A stretch of DNA of 64,000 bases, taken from Paraspadella gotoi (Eukaryota; Animalia; Chaetognatha). The translations under genes and the position numbers were made by a program. Within the stretch, counting starts at the first letter, position 1. Each line of letters begins with the position of its first letter. Positions 13,281-25,645 of the stretch are shown here, in pieces. The DNA lies in the NCBI GenBank assembly GCA_051294375.1, contig JBJCIZ010000239.1:4134402-4198401 (forward strand). Direction: 5' to 3'. The notes under the pieces were generated by a model. The model saw only the letters and a program-made list of their open reading frames with translations, was not told the DNA's origin and ran no database searches.

Positions 13281-14740
13281 ATTTCACGTTCATATATTTT
13301 AACTGCAGCTTCGAGGAAAGTAGATTGACGAGATGAAACTCTGCCCAGATCTGCCACCGCTTTCCGCTTCGGTCCGCATCGCGACATCTTGACTTTCTTT
13401 TTTTTTTTTGGTGAAAGGTGACTTCATGCTTTTTTTGTTTTTCTTAACAACAAAACATGCAGAGGATGACGGCGTACAAATCTTCTCCAGCCGTATTCTT
13501 CTAGCCACTGGCCAACCAGTAGGGATAAGCAGGAAAAGGTGGTAAGATTTGATATAATATACTCTGGCAATTGAAGGCCCAAATAAAAAAGTCAAAAGTC
13601 TCCCCATCGTTTTCTTCGGTTTCCTATCACGTGGGCACGACTCACACAAAAACAGATCTGAGACTCTCTGCCTTAATACGGTTCTTCCGCCTTGAAAGAC
13701 CACAGAGAGCGTAGACAGAAACAGAGACAGAGAGAGGCAGGAGAACAGAGAGAGAGGGAGAGGTAGACAGAGTAAGCGAGCCAGCACGAGCAAACAAACG
13801 AGGAGCAGGAGCTATGAGACAGAAGAGGAAGGAGCAGAAGGAGGAGGTCTGATGAAACGCTATCGATAGGCACACCAAGAGAAAGAGACCCAGAAACAGG
13901 CAGATGAGCACATACCCGCGCAGTCACGAGAGAAGTCAGGTCAGAGGAGAGACAGACCAGGAAGAGGACGGCGACTTAGCCACGAGCGAGAGAGGCGGCA
14001 CTTACCGAGGACAGAGAAGGAAGATGATGATAGAGTGGCATTGAGGCAATGAGAGTATTCTCCAGGAGTGGCAGCGAGCATCAGACGCAGAGATAGAGAC
14101 CAGAGAGACAGAGCGAGAGAGCTAGAAAGCAAATCCTGGAGACAAATCTCGGAAGAGACAGTACAGCACGAACTCAAGACAAGATCAGAGAAGAGAGAGA
14201 GATCCAGACGAGTCAAGAGGAGACGCGAACTGAACGAAGGAGAGACATGAGAGACAGAGAGACAGAGGAGACAGAGAGACAGAGATACGAGACAAAGGTA
14301 GAGAGCACGCAGAGGACCCCACGAGAGAGAGAGAGAGACCAGAGAGAAAACCAGAGAGACNNNNNNNNNNNNNNNNNNNNNNNNNGAGAGACAGAGAGAC
14401 AGAGAGGCAGAGAGATTCAGAATAAAATATCGATTTCTAGTCATCTTCTTTTTTACGAGTTGCAATTTTTGACTCGGACAATTTTTTATTTGTTATTTGT
14501 GAAATATTTTATTTAAAAAAATGTTTCATAGGCCCTAAATTTCAAGTATAACAGTTAATTTTAGTAACAACTCCAGCAGTTTAACAAACATTCGCGGTTT
14601 TGTATTTAAACTAAAAAAAAAAATTAAGGTAAAAGGGGGGAAAAAAATCAGTNNNNNNNNNNNNNNNNNNNNNNNNNTCTTTTTTCCCTTTTTCTAATCT
14701 CTCTAAATCGATACTTCATTCCTGTCAACCCTCTAACCTT

Positions 14741-14792
<52 letters not shown>

Positions 14793-16225
14793 CTCTCTCT
14801 CTCTCACTCTCCTCTCTCTCATCTCTCTTCTCTCTCTCTTTTTCTCTCTCTCTCTCTCACTCTCCTCTCTCTCTCTCTACTCTCTCTCTCTCTCTCCGCC
14901 CCAAGGGTGCAGAATGACATTTAAACCCATCCAGATGAATGTGAATTAACTGATTTTTTTCCCCCTTTTACCTAATTTTTTTCTTTAGTTTAAATTTACA
15001 AAACCGCGAAAGTTTAGTTAACTGCTTGGAGTTTTTACTAAAATTAACATGTTATTACTTTGAAATTTAGGGCCTAGAAACATTTTTTTTAAATAAAAAT
15101 TTCACCAAAAACAACATAAAAAAACATTGTCCGAGTCAAAAATTGCAACTCGTAAAAAAGAAGATGACTAGAAATTCGATATTTTATTCTGAATCTCTCT
15201 GCCTCTCTGTTCTCTGGCTCTCGTCTCTCTGGTCTCTCTCTCTCTCTCGGGTCCTCTGCATCTCTCCTTGTCTCGTCTCTGTTCTCTCTGTCTCTCTGTC
15301 TCTCTGTCTCTCATGTCTCTCTCGCATCGCGTCTCTCTTGACTCGTCTTCCTCTCTCTTCTCTCTTGCGGTCGTGCTTCTTCTCTTCGATTCTCCGTTTG
15401 CTTTCTAGCTCTGCTCTTCTCTCTGGTCTCATCCGTGATCTGCTGCCTCTGGAGAATACTCTCTCCTCATCCACTCTATCTCTCTCCGTTCTCTTCTCGT
15501 AATCCGCTCTCTCGCTGTGCTATCGCTTCCGTCTCTCTCCTACTGACTTCTCTCGTGTCGGTTGCTCATCTGCCTGTTCGCTCTTCCTTGTGTGCCTATC
15601 GTCTTTCATCTGATCTCTCTCTCTCTTTCTCTCCTGTCTCTTCTGTCTCTAGCTCCCTCTCTCTCTGTCTTGTTCTTCGCTCGTCTCTCGTTCTCTGTCT
15701 ACCTCCTGTCCCTCTCTCTTCTGTCTCCTGTCTACCTCTGTCTCTTATCTGCTGTGTCTTTCAAGGGGAAGAACCTGTATAGAGCCAGTAGACAGCTCTC
15801 AGATCGCTGTTTTGCTGTATCGGCCCGACGTGATAGGAAACGCGAAAAACGATGGGGAGCTTTTGACTTTTTTATTTGGGCTTCAATTGCAGAGGTATAT
15901 ATTCAGAGAGCTACCACCTTTGTTACCTGCTGATTATCCCTATCTGTTGGCCATGGTACGAAAATACGGGCTGAAAGTGATTTGTATCGCCGTCACATCC
16001 TCTGGCATGTTTTGTTGTTAAGAAAAACAAAAAAAGCATGAAGTCATCACTTTACCCAAAAAAAAAAAAGTACAAGATCGCGATGCGGGACCCGAAGCGG
16101 AAAGCGGCGATTGGGAAGTTTCATCCGAATCTCTTTCCCGAAGCTGCAGTTAAAAAATGTTAACGAATAACGAGCCTGCCAATTTGGCTAATAATTTTTA
16201 GCGATAAAGAGAAAGAGAGAGAGGG

Positions 16226-16266
<41 letters not shown>

Positions 16267-16288
16267 AAAAGAGAGAAGAGAGAGAGAG

Positions 16289-16354
<66 letters not shown>

Positions 16355-16479
16355 GAAGAAAGAGAAAGAAAGAGAGAGAGTGTGTGAATTAAAATTGTTT
16401 TCCACTTTTCAAATACAATCTCTCGCAATTACACGCCAACTTCTGAAGAGCCGTGTTAATGTTACGCAGGGAAGAAATG

Positions 16480-16554
<75 letters not shown>

Positions 16555-16871
16555 AGAGAAGACGTTGCTCGAGGACTGCCGCCGATGCAAAAAGACGAGG
16601 TCAACGTGAAATTCTTAGAAATGAAATCAAAACTGAAAAATTTTACTCAAGAAATAGATTTTTGCCCCTTTGGAATGTTTTTATGAAGTTAAAATTAAGA
16701 TTTTTAAATTAGAGAAAAGATATTTAAGTTTGTATTTCGACAAAAGATGTTTTTTTTTTTCAAAATCTTGCTCTAGCATGTCGTAAACTTCTCTGTCCTT
16801 CCCCTGACCCTGTCCTTTCTCTCAATTCTTTGATTGGAAGCTTTTGTCTTTCTCTCTCTTTCTCTCACTCT

Positions 16872-16910
<39 letters not shown>

Positions 16911-16916
16911 CTCTCT

Positions 16917-16981
<65 letters not shown>

Positions 16982-17396
16982 CTCTGACTTTTCTCTCTCC
17001 ATAATTTGATCTAAATAATAAATACACGAAAATAAATAAATCTTTTTTCTCTAATCTACAACAACTAACGAAAGAGAGGAATTAAAATCGATTTTTAAAA
17101 TTAAAACAATTAAGACCGACAGGCTAGAAAATTTACATTAAGAATCGCGGTATTCCGATTCATGATATTGTAAACAATGACATGTGAAAATAGATATTAC
17201 TATTTTATTTCTTTTTTACTAATTATTGATGACATCGCGAAATAGGAAGGGGAAAAGGAGATTTAATTACAACAACGACAACGACAACGGACAAAAAACA
17301 ACAACGACAACAACGACAACAACAAACTTTTTTTCCATGAGGCAGAAAGTCTTTAATTAAAATTTATCAGGAGAAACAAAACAGAAAAAGCAAACA

Positions 17397-17432
<36 letters not shown>

Positions 17433-17487
17433 CAGACTATAGAGAATAAAATGCAAATATGCATTTTACCTTTACAGTAAATACCTT

Positions 17488-17663
17488 TAGGAAAAAACAG
17501 TTTTGTTTGACAACAATTTATTTGACAGTTTAGTCAGACATGTTTCGGCTCTTTCACTTAGAGCCTTCATCAGTGCTTTTTGTCAAATAAATCGTTGTCA
17601 AACAAAACTGTTTTTTCCTAATACCTCAAAAAACAACGAAAAGAGAGTATATACATAATGTCT
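17488..17663 (-). mobile_element. 176-bp Penelope-like/retrozyme-like insertion: hammerhead between 40-bp inverted repeats plus a 43-bp tail, flanked by 12-bp direct repeats
   Basis: Inverted repeat 17488-17527 / 17581-17620 (39/40 identical). AGTAAATACCTT occurs at 17476-17487 and 17664-17675. AATAAA lies downstream of the ribozyme on the minus strand. Confidence 0.72.
17528..17580 (-). ncRNA. Minimal type I hammerhead ribozyme (Penelope-associated type)
   Basis: Minus strand: AGCA-CUGAUGA(17573-17567)-A-GGCUCU-aagugaa-AGAGCC-GAAA-CAUGUC-ugacu. Core boxes are intact, stem II is a perfect 6 bp, stem III is the palindrome ACAUGU, and the GUC cleavage site is at about 17537. Confidence 0.8.
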
Positions 17664-18633
17664 AGTAAATACCTTATACCTTATTTTGACAATTGTAACC
17701 TTTAGCGAATATTATTATGCGAATAAAAATATTTTTTTCGTGTTTAAACGTTCATGTTCTTAACAATTAGTAGAAATTTTATTTAGCCTCGAAAATTTTA
17801 AATTTTTGCTCTCTTTTTTTAGTTCCCACCTAAATTTCAACGGCCTGTCGCCTGTCGCCTGCAAGAAAAAATAATCAAACTGAAACAAAAAAGTAATGGC
17901 GACAGGTGCCACCTCGGCAACAATGGAACGGATCCTGGGCTTGGAACCAGGCTTGAGGGTTTTCCACGCCCCCCAAGGCGGTTTACGGCCGTCCTTACGC
18001 CTGACGCAAGGAAGGTGCCATTGGAGATCGATCCCGGTACCTAATGGCCAATGGGCTGAAGGTTATTACTCAATGAGCCAGCTGGTCACAGGCGGGATGA
18101 ACTTGTCGCAATGCCCGACTAGAAAGTAAAGCGAAACCATGTAAAATAATAGTAATTAAATTTTTTTTTCATTAAAAACCTTTTTTTTGGGGGGTACTTA
18201 TACTCGTTCGAATTTCCATTTCATTTTCAATGTAAGTTATAGGTAAACGGAATTATTTAAAAAAATACTTTCTACTTACCCCTTTTTTTGATTTCTCTTT
18301 AAAATCCATTTTTATTTTTAGCTTTTTTTTTGTATCCGAGGTTGTTTAATAAAATGTAACAAAATGTAAACAATTTTTACAAGGAAATTTCCTGAAAAAA
18401 TAATAAAGTAGAGAAATAAAAAAAAACATCGATGATTGTCCCGCTGATTTATATATCTATTAATTAACTATTTATTAATTGAATAATTAATTATCTATTA
18501 ATAATTCCGCTGAATTAATGACCCACATAACTTTGGCTTCACCTTCAAGAAAATCATTTTTCATTGATGGTATTTCTTTGGTCTTTACTCGCCAGCAGTA
18601 AAATTATATAATATATATAGCTATATATATATA

Positions 18634-19015
18634 TAGCTTATTTATTGAATGAATGGGAATATTTTTATATTGGTTGTACCAATTTCATAAATTCAGCTCC
18701 TTGTATTTTGATGGCTAGTCGGAGTACAATAGTATTCCCCGATCTAATATTAAGGGAGTGTTTATTCATACAATTGAAAACATTCTTTGAATATTTTCCA
18801 CTTCATTGATAGGGAAGCCAGGTACTTCTGGGAGTGAATAAACGAGACTGTGAGAGAGTCTTGATTGAAAGCTTGCAGGGACCTGCTATGTCATTATCTT
18901 GTAAGAGTGATGGAGGCCTTAAACCACCAAAGCCTGACCAAAGTCAGGGGCAAGATAGCTTATTTATTGAATGAATGGATAATTTTTATATTGGTTGTAC
19001 CAATTTCCATAAATT
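18634..19015 (+). mobile_element. Dispersed non-autonomous repeat (about 330-bp unit with about 60-bp terminal direct redundancy)
   Basis: tagcttatttattgaatgaatgg..attggttgtaccaattt occurs at both ends. Homologous pieces at 4250-4390, 5608-5642, 24270-24660, 50190-50307, 53109-53152 and 53340-53430 (both inverted) and 57040-57092. Confidence 0.75.
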
Positions 19016-19248
19016 AATAACTTCATTTTTTTAAAGTTATTGATTTTTATTATTTTAATGCTGGCAAATAAAGACCGAAGAAATACCATCAATGAATTCA
19101 ATCGTCCTTGTCTGAATGACAACTCTCAAAACTACATTACAAAGTCATTTTTTTTTAATTTGTAAAATTGTACATTAGTTTAGTTTTTATTTTTGGTCTT
19201 TAACGATTAAATTGTGGTTGCATCGTCTCAAGCAACGGCTGATTCCAA

Positions 19249-19305
<57 letters not shown>

Positions 19306-19373
19306 AGAGAGAGAGAGAAAGGTTGTTAGTAAAGATGATAACGTTTAAAACGAAGGCTTTTTCAGCAACTCTC

Positions 19374-19408
<35 letters not shown>

Positions 19409-19604
19409 GATTGGACTTCTCACTATCTTCATCTCTGACAAAAAAAAGGAAAAAGTAAAAAAAAGGAAAGAGAAACGAAATTAGGAAAAAAAAAGAACAA
19501 AAAGATTTTCTCGCGGGAAAAACTAAGAAAAGAAGCTTTCAGGAAGGGAATATATTAGAGGGAGAGAGAGATAGAGAGTGAGAGAGAGAGACAAAGAGAG
19601 GAGA

Positions 19605-19646
<42 letters not shown>

Positions 19647-19829
19647 AGAGATAATGCCGGCTGACAAAAATACATCCATGCGTTTGAAAGAAAGAAAGAT
19701 ACAGAGAATTAGAAAGAGAAAAAGAAAAAAAAATCAAAAGGGGGAAAAAAGAAAGAGAAAAGTATTGAAACAAATGGAAAGAAAGAATTAATATGGAAAG
19801 ATATTAGAACAAATGGAAAGTAGCCGGAA

Positions 19830-19884
<55 letters not shown>

Positions 19885-19888
19885 AGAG

Positions 19889-19920
<32 letters not shown>

Positions 19921-19995
19921 CCGCTTGAGAAATCAGGGGAAAAAAATTCGGCAAGGCCAGAATTCCAAAACGCATTGGACAGGAAAACGTTCCTG

Positions 19996-20062
<67 letters not shown>

Positions 20063-20296
20063 ATGATTCTGCTTGCTTCGTTATTCTTTTGTATCTAATT
20101 TTCTCTTCCCATTTTTATAGTTTTCATTATTCTTTTCTTATTTACGACGGAGTGAAGCCAGTGGCTGGATGGCTGATGTCGATGTAACTCGAGTTTTAAA
20201 GGAAAGAAATTTAAATAAAAATTCAGTTTTTAAATTTTGGATATTCTTAGGAACTACATACATAGTTTAAAGAATTTAGCTACTGATCTTTTTTTT

Positions 20297-20332
<36 letters not shown>

Positions 20333-20356
20333 TTTTTCTTTCTTTCTCTCTTTTTT

Positions 20357-20404
<48 letters not shown>

Positions 20405-20759
20405 TCGCTTTAACGTCTTTTGTTTTTATCGATCGACCAAAGACGCATAATTTTCTATTTTGACAAAACAAAAACGTTTCCATTTTCGCTGTTGTTTTTG
20501 TCGTCGTTTTTGTTAAATTTATGTTGTTGTTTCTTCATTCGTGGTTAAATATATCGAAGCGACTGAGTCAATTAAAACAAAAAATAGTTTCAAAATCTAA
20601 ATTTTTAAAAAATCGAATGAGCGAAAACGAAACAATTGTTGGTTTTTTCTTCTTTTTTATAAAATGTTGTATTTATTTCCTTTCATTGGTTTTTTTTCTA
20701 TGATTTTTTTGTTTCTGTTCGCTAAACAGTTTAGTATTTGAGGTTTCAGCTTTTTTTTA

Positions 20760-20793
<34 letters not shown>

Positions 20794-23700
20794 NNNNNNN
20801 NNNNNNNNNNNNNNNNNNNNNNNNNNNNNNNNNNNNNNNNNNNNNNNNNNNNNNNNNNNNNNNNNNNNNNNNNNNNNNNNNNNNNNNNNNNNNNNNNNNN
20901 NNNNNNNNNNNNNNNNNNNNNNNNNNNNNNNNNNNNNNNNNNNNNNNNNNNCGTTATCATCGTCCTCGTCATCATCATCATCGTCGTCGCCATTATTAAC
21001 TCGGTCTTTTATTTCAGTCAGTCAGTCATTCGATTTAAACAATTTCGCTCATGGACTCTGAAGTTCTTTATTTTATGCGTTTGTGTGTCGTCGTCGTTGT
21101 CGTCGTCTTCATCGTCGTCTTCATCATCGTCTTCATCGTCGTNNNNNNNNNNNNNNNNNNNNNNNNNNNNNNNNNNNNNNNNNNNNNNNNNNNNNNNNNN
21201 NNNNNNNNNNNNNNNNNNNNNNNNNNNNNNNNNNNNNNNNNNNNNNNNNNNNNNNNNNNNNNNNNNNNNNNNNNNNNNNNNNNNNNNNNNNNNNNNNNNN
21301 NNNNNNNNNNNNNNNNNNNNNNNNNNNNNNNNNNNNNNNNNNNNNNNNNNNNNNNNNNNNNNNNNNNNNNNNNNNNNNNNNNNNNNNNNNNNNNNNNNNN
21401 NNNNNNNNNNNNNNNNNNNNNNNNNNNNNNNNNNNNNNNNNNNNNNNNNNNNNNNNNNNNNNNNNNNNNNNNTCGTCTTCATTGTCGTCTTCATCGTCTT
21501 CGTCGTCGTCGTCTTAATATTTGTCTTCTTCATCGTTGTCTTCATCGTCGTCGTCATCGTCGTCGTCTTCATCATCGTCTTCCACATTTTTCTTTTCTTT
21601 TCACGATTAAATATTTAAAAGCGATTTTTTTGTTTNNNNNNNNNNTCGATGTTTATCCATTTTCACATATATGGAGGTTTTTCGTCGTCGTTCGTCGTTC
21701 GTCGTTCGGTTTCCATGGAGACGGACGCCACCGGAGCCTCGTTTCCGGTGTTCGCGTCGGAGGCTGAAGCTAATGACGTGACGAGACGCGAGGAAGGAAG
21801 GAAGGAGGAGGAGGAGGAGGAGGAGGAGGAGAAAACGAAGGAGGAGGAGAGGAATGTGAAGTGGGAGGTCGTTGCTGACGACGACGACGATGAAGACGAC
21901 GACGATGAAGACGACGACGATGACAAAAACGTGTGAAACGACGACGACGATGAAGACGACGACCACGACGCGTTAAACACAACGACAACGACAACAACGA
22001 AACAATTGACAAAGGAAAGAGTTGAATCGCAAAAGCCCAGCAGGACAAAGAGGACGACGAAACGACGACGACGACGAACGACGACGTGTACAAATGGAAT
22101 GTGAAAGAACAGGAGTAATAGATGAAAAAAAGTGTCCCTTTTCCGCCCTTAGGAGACTCAATCGCATTTCTTTTTATCATCCGAAAGGTGCATCGCGGTT
22201 CGATTCCTCGACACAGTCAAACACTTTTTTGGCGGGAGACGATGCGGGCGTGGGACGGCTAATCCGGCATTTACGTTCGCCAAATCTAAACACACCGAAA
22301 CCAGACGACGACTGAAGTATGTATGGTATCGTATGCAAAAAGTTTTCTTGGAGGATATAAATCGAAATTCGGACAACGAATATTTTACGACGAACGATTG
22401 AGATAACGAATAGAAACGACGTACAGTTAAAAATCTTTTCCAAAATAATATTGGAGTGACAAGAAGCGTCATGATCAGCTTAGCGAGAGGATACCGAGAC
22501 AAGATAACGATAGTACCGGGAGTCAATGAACGTGCGCGACTTAACAAATTACGCGTTAATGCGTTCAGTGGGCGCGGCAAAAAATAGATGGACGCTAAGG
22601 TACGGCGTTCTGATGGGCGCGGCGCTGAACTGACGCAGGTATGGCGTTCCAGATGACGTGGGAATTTTATATATATAGACACAGTATGGGCATTCCAGTA
22701 GCCCTGGGCGGCGATGTGCGGACTAAGAATCCCAATGCGCTTGGTCTAAATTTAATTTATAGATGGTGATTTCGAGCAGTATTTGGCCAATATCTGTGGC
22801 GCGGCGCTGAGTAGACGTTTTTGTGTTGGCCGTTCGCGTTCGAGCTGCCAGTGCTGGTTATCGACAGCGGTATGGGGCATTCCGTGGCGTTTTACGGACA
22901 CTGAGAAAAAAGCTGACTGATGTTGGAAATAGTCCCTAGCGCAGGCAAATAGATGCCGCAGTATGGCGTTCTGTGGCGCAGGCGCATTAATGTAGAACAG
23001 TATTGGTTACGTGGACGTAGCAAATAGATAAGATATCAAAAGAATAGGTAGCTTATTAGGCGCGGCGACTAGATTAGGAAACAAGGTTATAATAGATGAA
23101 GCGTAAATCGGAAGCTGAGGACATCCCAGACGCCAGATGAAAGATGAAAGAACTGAGAAATAGTTCGTAGATTAGGACAGGTTCTTAACACAGCTTATTT
23201 AAAAAAATATTGGATTATAATAAAAATTATAAGTACTAAATAAGTTAATAAAATAAATATTTATAAATCAAAGAGAAAAAGATATAAATGAATAAGAAAG
23301 AAAGGAAAGAATAGTAACGATCTAATGATAAAAGAAAGAAGAAAAGAAAAAGTAAATAATATTAAACAAGAATGAAAAGTAATGAAGAAAGCAATGTGAA
23401 AAGCGATGAACAATGCTCAGGTAAAATATTACAACAAACCTGAGATTTAATAGTCAATCATTAATTAATAAAGAAAAAGAGATTTGTAAGATTACTTTCA
23501 CCTATTCATAAATGAGAGTTGGGCAGACCCTTCGACATTTGTTCTCGCCCAAACATTTTTGTATATATTTATCCCTAATTTTTATATATCTTAATATTAG
23601 ATTATGCAAGTAATTAATTAAATTATTATATTAATTTAAAATAGTATTTTAAATTGAATTATTTAGTACGTTAAATTAAATAATTGTTATATAACAAATT

Positions 23701-24214
23701 ATTTTTTATATTAAGATTATTCAATCTAAACATTATATTTTCATCTCTCGAGATTTCCTTCTTTTTTTTTTCTTTCTTTTTTTTTACTTTTTTTCTCTTT
23801 ATTTTCTCCGAAAACTAGAAACTCGACGAATTCGTGAAATGAAAACATCTAAAAAAATAAAAAAAACATTGGATTTCGATTTCAGTTTATTTTTATTATC
23901 TATTTTTTTTGATGCTCTATCGACATAGGTTTTTTTTTTGTACAAAATATTTAAATTTTTTAACTTTATCGTTTTATTCATTTAGTTCCTTTCGATATTT
24001 GTCATTTATTATTCAAAATTAAGGAAATATATGTGTGAAAGAAGTAACCTTATAAGGGACGTTAGTTAAAATTTCTGCGGCCACTTTTCAATCGCCCAAT
24101 ATTTTTCGTTGTGGCAATCTTTAACCGCTGTCTCAACAAGCAATTTCCGTGAGATATTCGTGATTTATTTAGTTTTCACTGATAACTCGATGTTTCGTTT
24201 GCTATAAACTCTGG

Positions 24215-24715
24215 TTATATATATTAATTATATATTAATATATATATATATAATATTATGATATATAATATATTTATTAAATGAATGGATAATTGTTTAT
24301 ATTGAGCTTGTACCAATTTCATTAAAATTCAGCTCCTTGTATTTTGATGCCTAGTGCGGAGTAACAATAAAAGTATTCCCCGGATTCTAATACTTAAGGG
24401 GAGTGGTCTTTTCATACAATTGAAACATTTCTTTGAAAATATTTTCCACTTCATTGATAGGGAAGCCAGGCTACTCTGGAGTGGAAATAAACAAGACTGT
24501 GAGAGAGTCTGATTGGAAAGCTTGCAGGGACCTGCATGGGTCATTATCTTGTAAGAAGTGATGGGAGGCCTTAAAACCACACAAAGCCATGTCCAAAGTC
24601 AGGGGCAGATAGCTTATTATTAAATGAATGGATAATTTTTATATTGGTGTACCAATTTCATATATATATATATAACATATATATTATATATAATATATAT
24701 ATAGATTATACTAAT
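24215..24715 (+). mobile_element. Copy of the same dispersed repeat, flanked by (TA)n and absent from the other two copies of this locus
   Basis: Matches 18634-19015. The matching sites at about 29755-29800 and 37130-37172 lack it. Confidence 0.7.
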
Positions 24716-25106
24716 ATCATAACTTTGATACGACTTTCTTCTTTCCCAGTCCTGTGGGAATCTCGGTTAAACAATTTCCTACTGCTGGCGAAATACGTTA
24801 GCATAGAAAATATTAAAAACATTTTCTACAAAATGTTTATGTTATATATTATCGCGTTTTTTTTTTTTAATTTTCAATTTTCAAATTTCTGGCGTAAATT
24901 TTTTCAGAAAGTACACTCAGACATTACAAATTTTCACAACCTTATTACATCGTGAAAATTTGGTTGTGTGAAAGAAAAAACGGAAGGTATAAATTATTTT
25001 CATATGAAATTTCACAAAAATAAGAAAAAAAAGAAAAAAACGAAAAGAAAGAAAAAGATTTGCATAATGACGATTTCCTTTGTCAATTTCGTCACTCTCT
25101 CTCTCT

Positions 25107-25137
<31 letters not shown>

Positions 25138-25141
25138 GGTG

Positions 25142-25182
<41 letters not shown>

Positions 25183-25238
25183 TCTCTTTCTTTCTTTATT
25201 CGAATGAAGTCAGTGAAAACCGTGAAATCTGTCGTGAA

Positions 25239-25269
<31 letters not shown>

Positions 25270-25598
25270 CGAGAGAGATGAGAGAGAGTGAGAGAGAGAC
25301 AGAGTCGGTGCCAATAATCGCGAAGCTGAACAAAAATTTTCTTTGGCAAAAACTTTCCTACTCCTTCTCACAATAATCCCCTATTGCACGGCGCCAGTGG
25401 GAAAGAAAAGGGATTGTCTTCTGTTCTCTATTCTTCGTGTCTTCTGTCTTCTATCTTCGTGTCTTCTGTCTCTCTTCTGTCTCTGTCTATTTTTCTAGCG
25501 TCTCTGTCTCTCTCTTTTGTATTTTTTTTTTTCAGGTACTGATGATTTTTGATTTGTTTTCTTATTTTTCAAGCTTTCCATAACTAATTCTCTCTCTC

Positions 25599-25645
<47 letters not shown>

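Larger units (their letters stand above)
10515..17395. repeat. Large imperfect inverted duplication centred at about 14650-14950
   Basis: 10515-10887 is the reverse complement of about 17015-17395; 11189-11390 of 16550-16760; 11880-11960 of 16400-16480; 13290-14650 of 14950-16160. Confidence 0.85.

Noticed and set aside
18845-18880. Hammerhead in the dispersed repeat (ctgtgaga..gaaagcttg)
   Set aside because: The CUGA box is incomplete and stem II is not credible.
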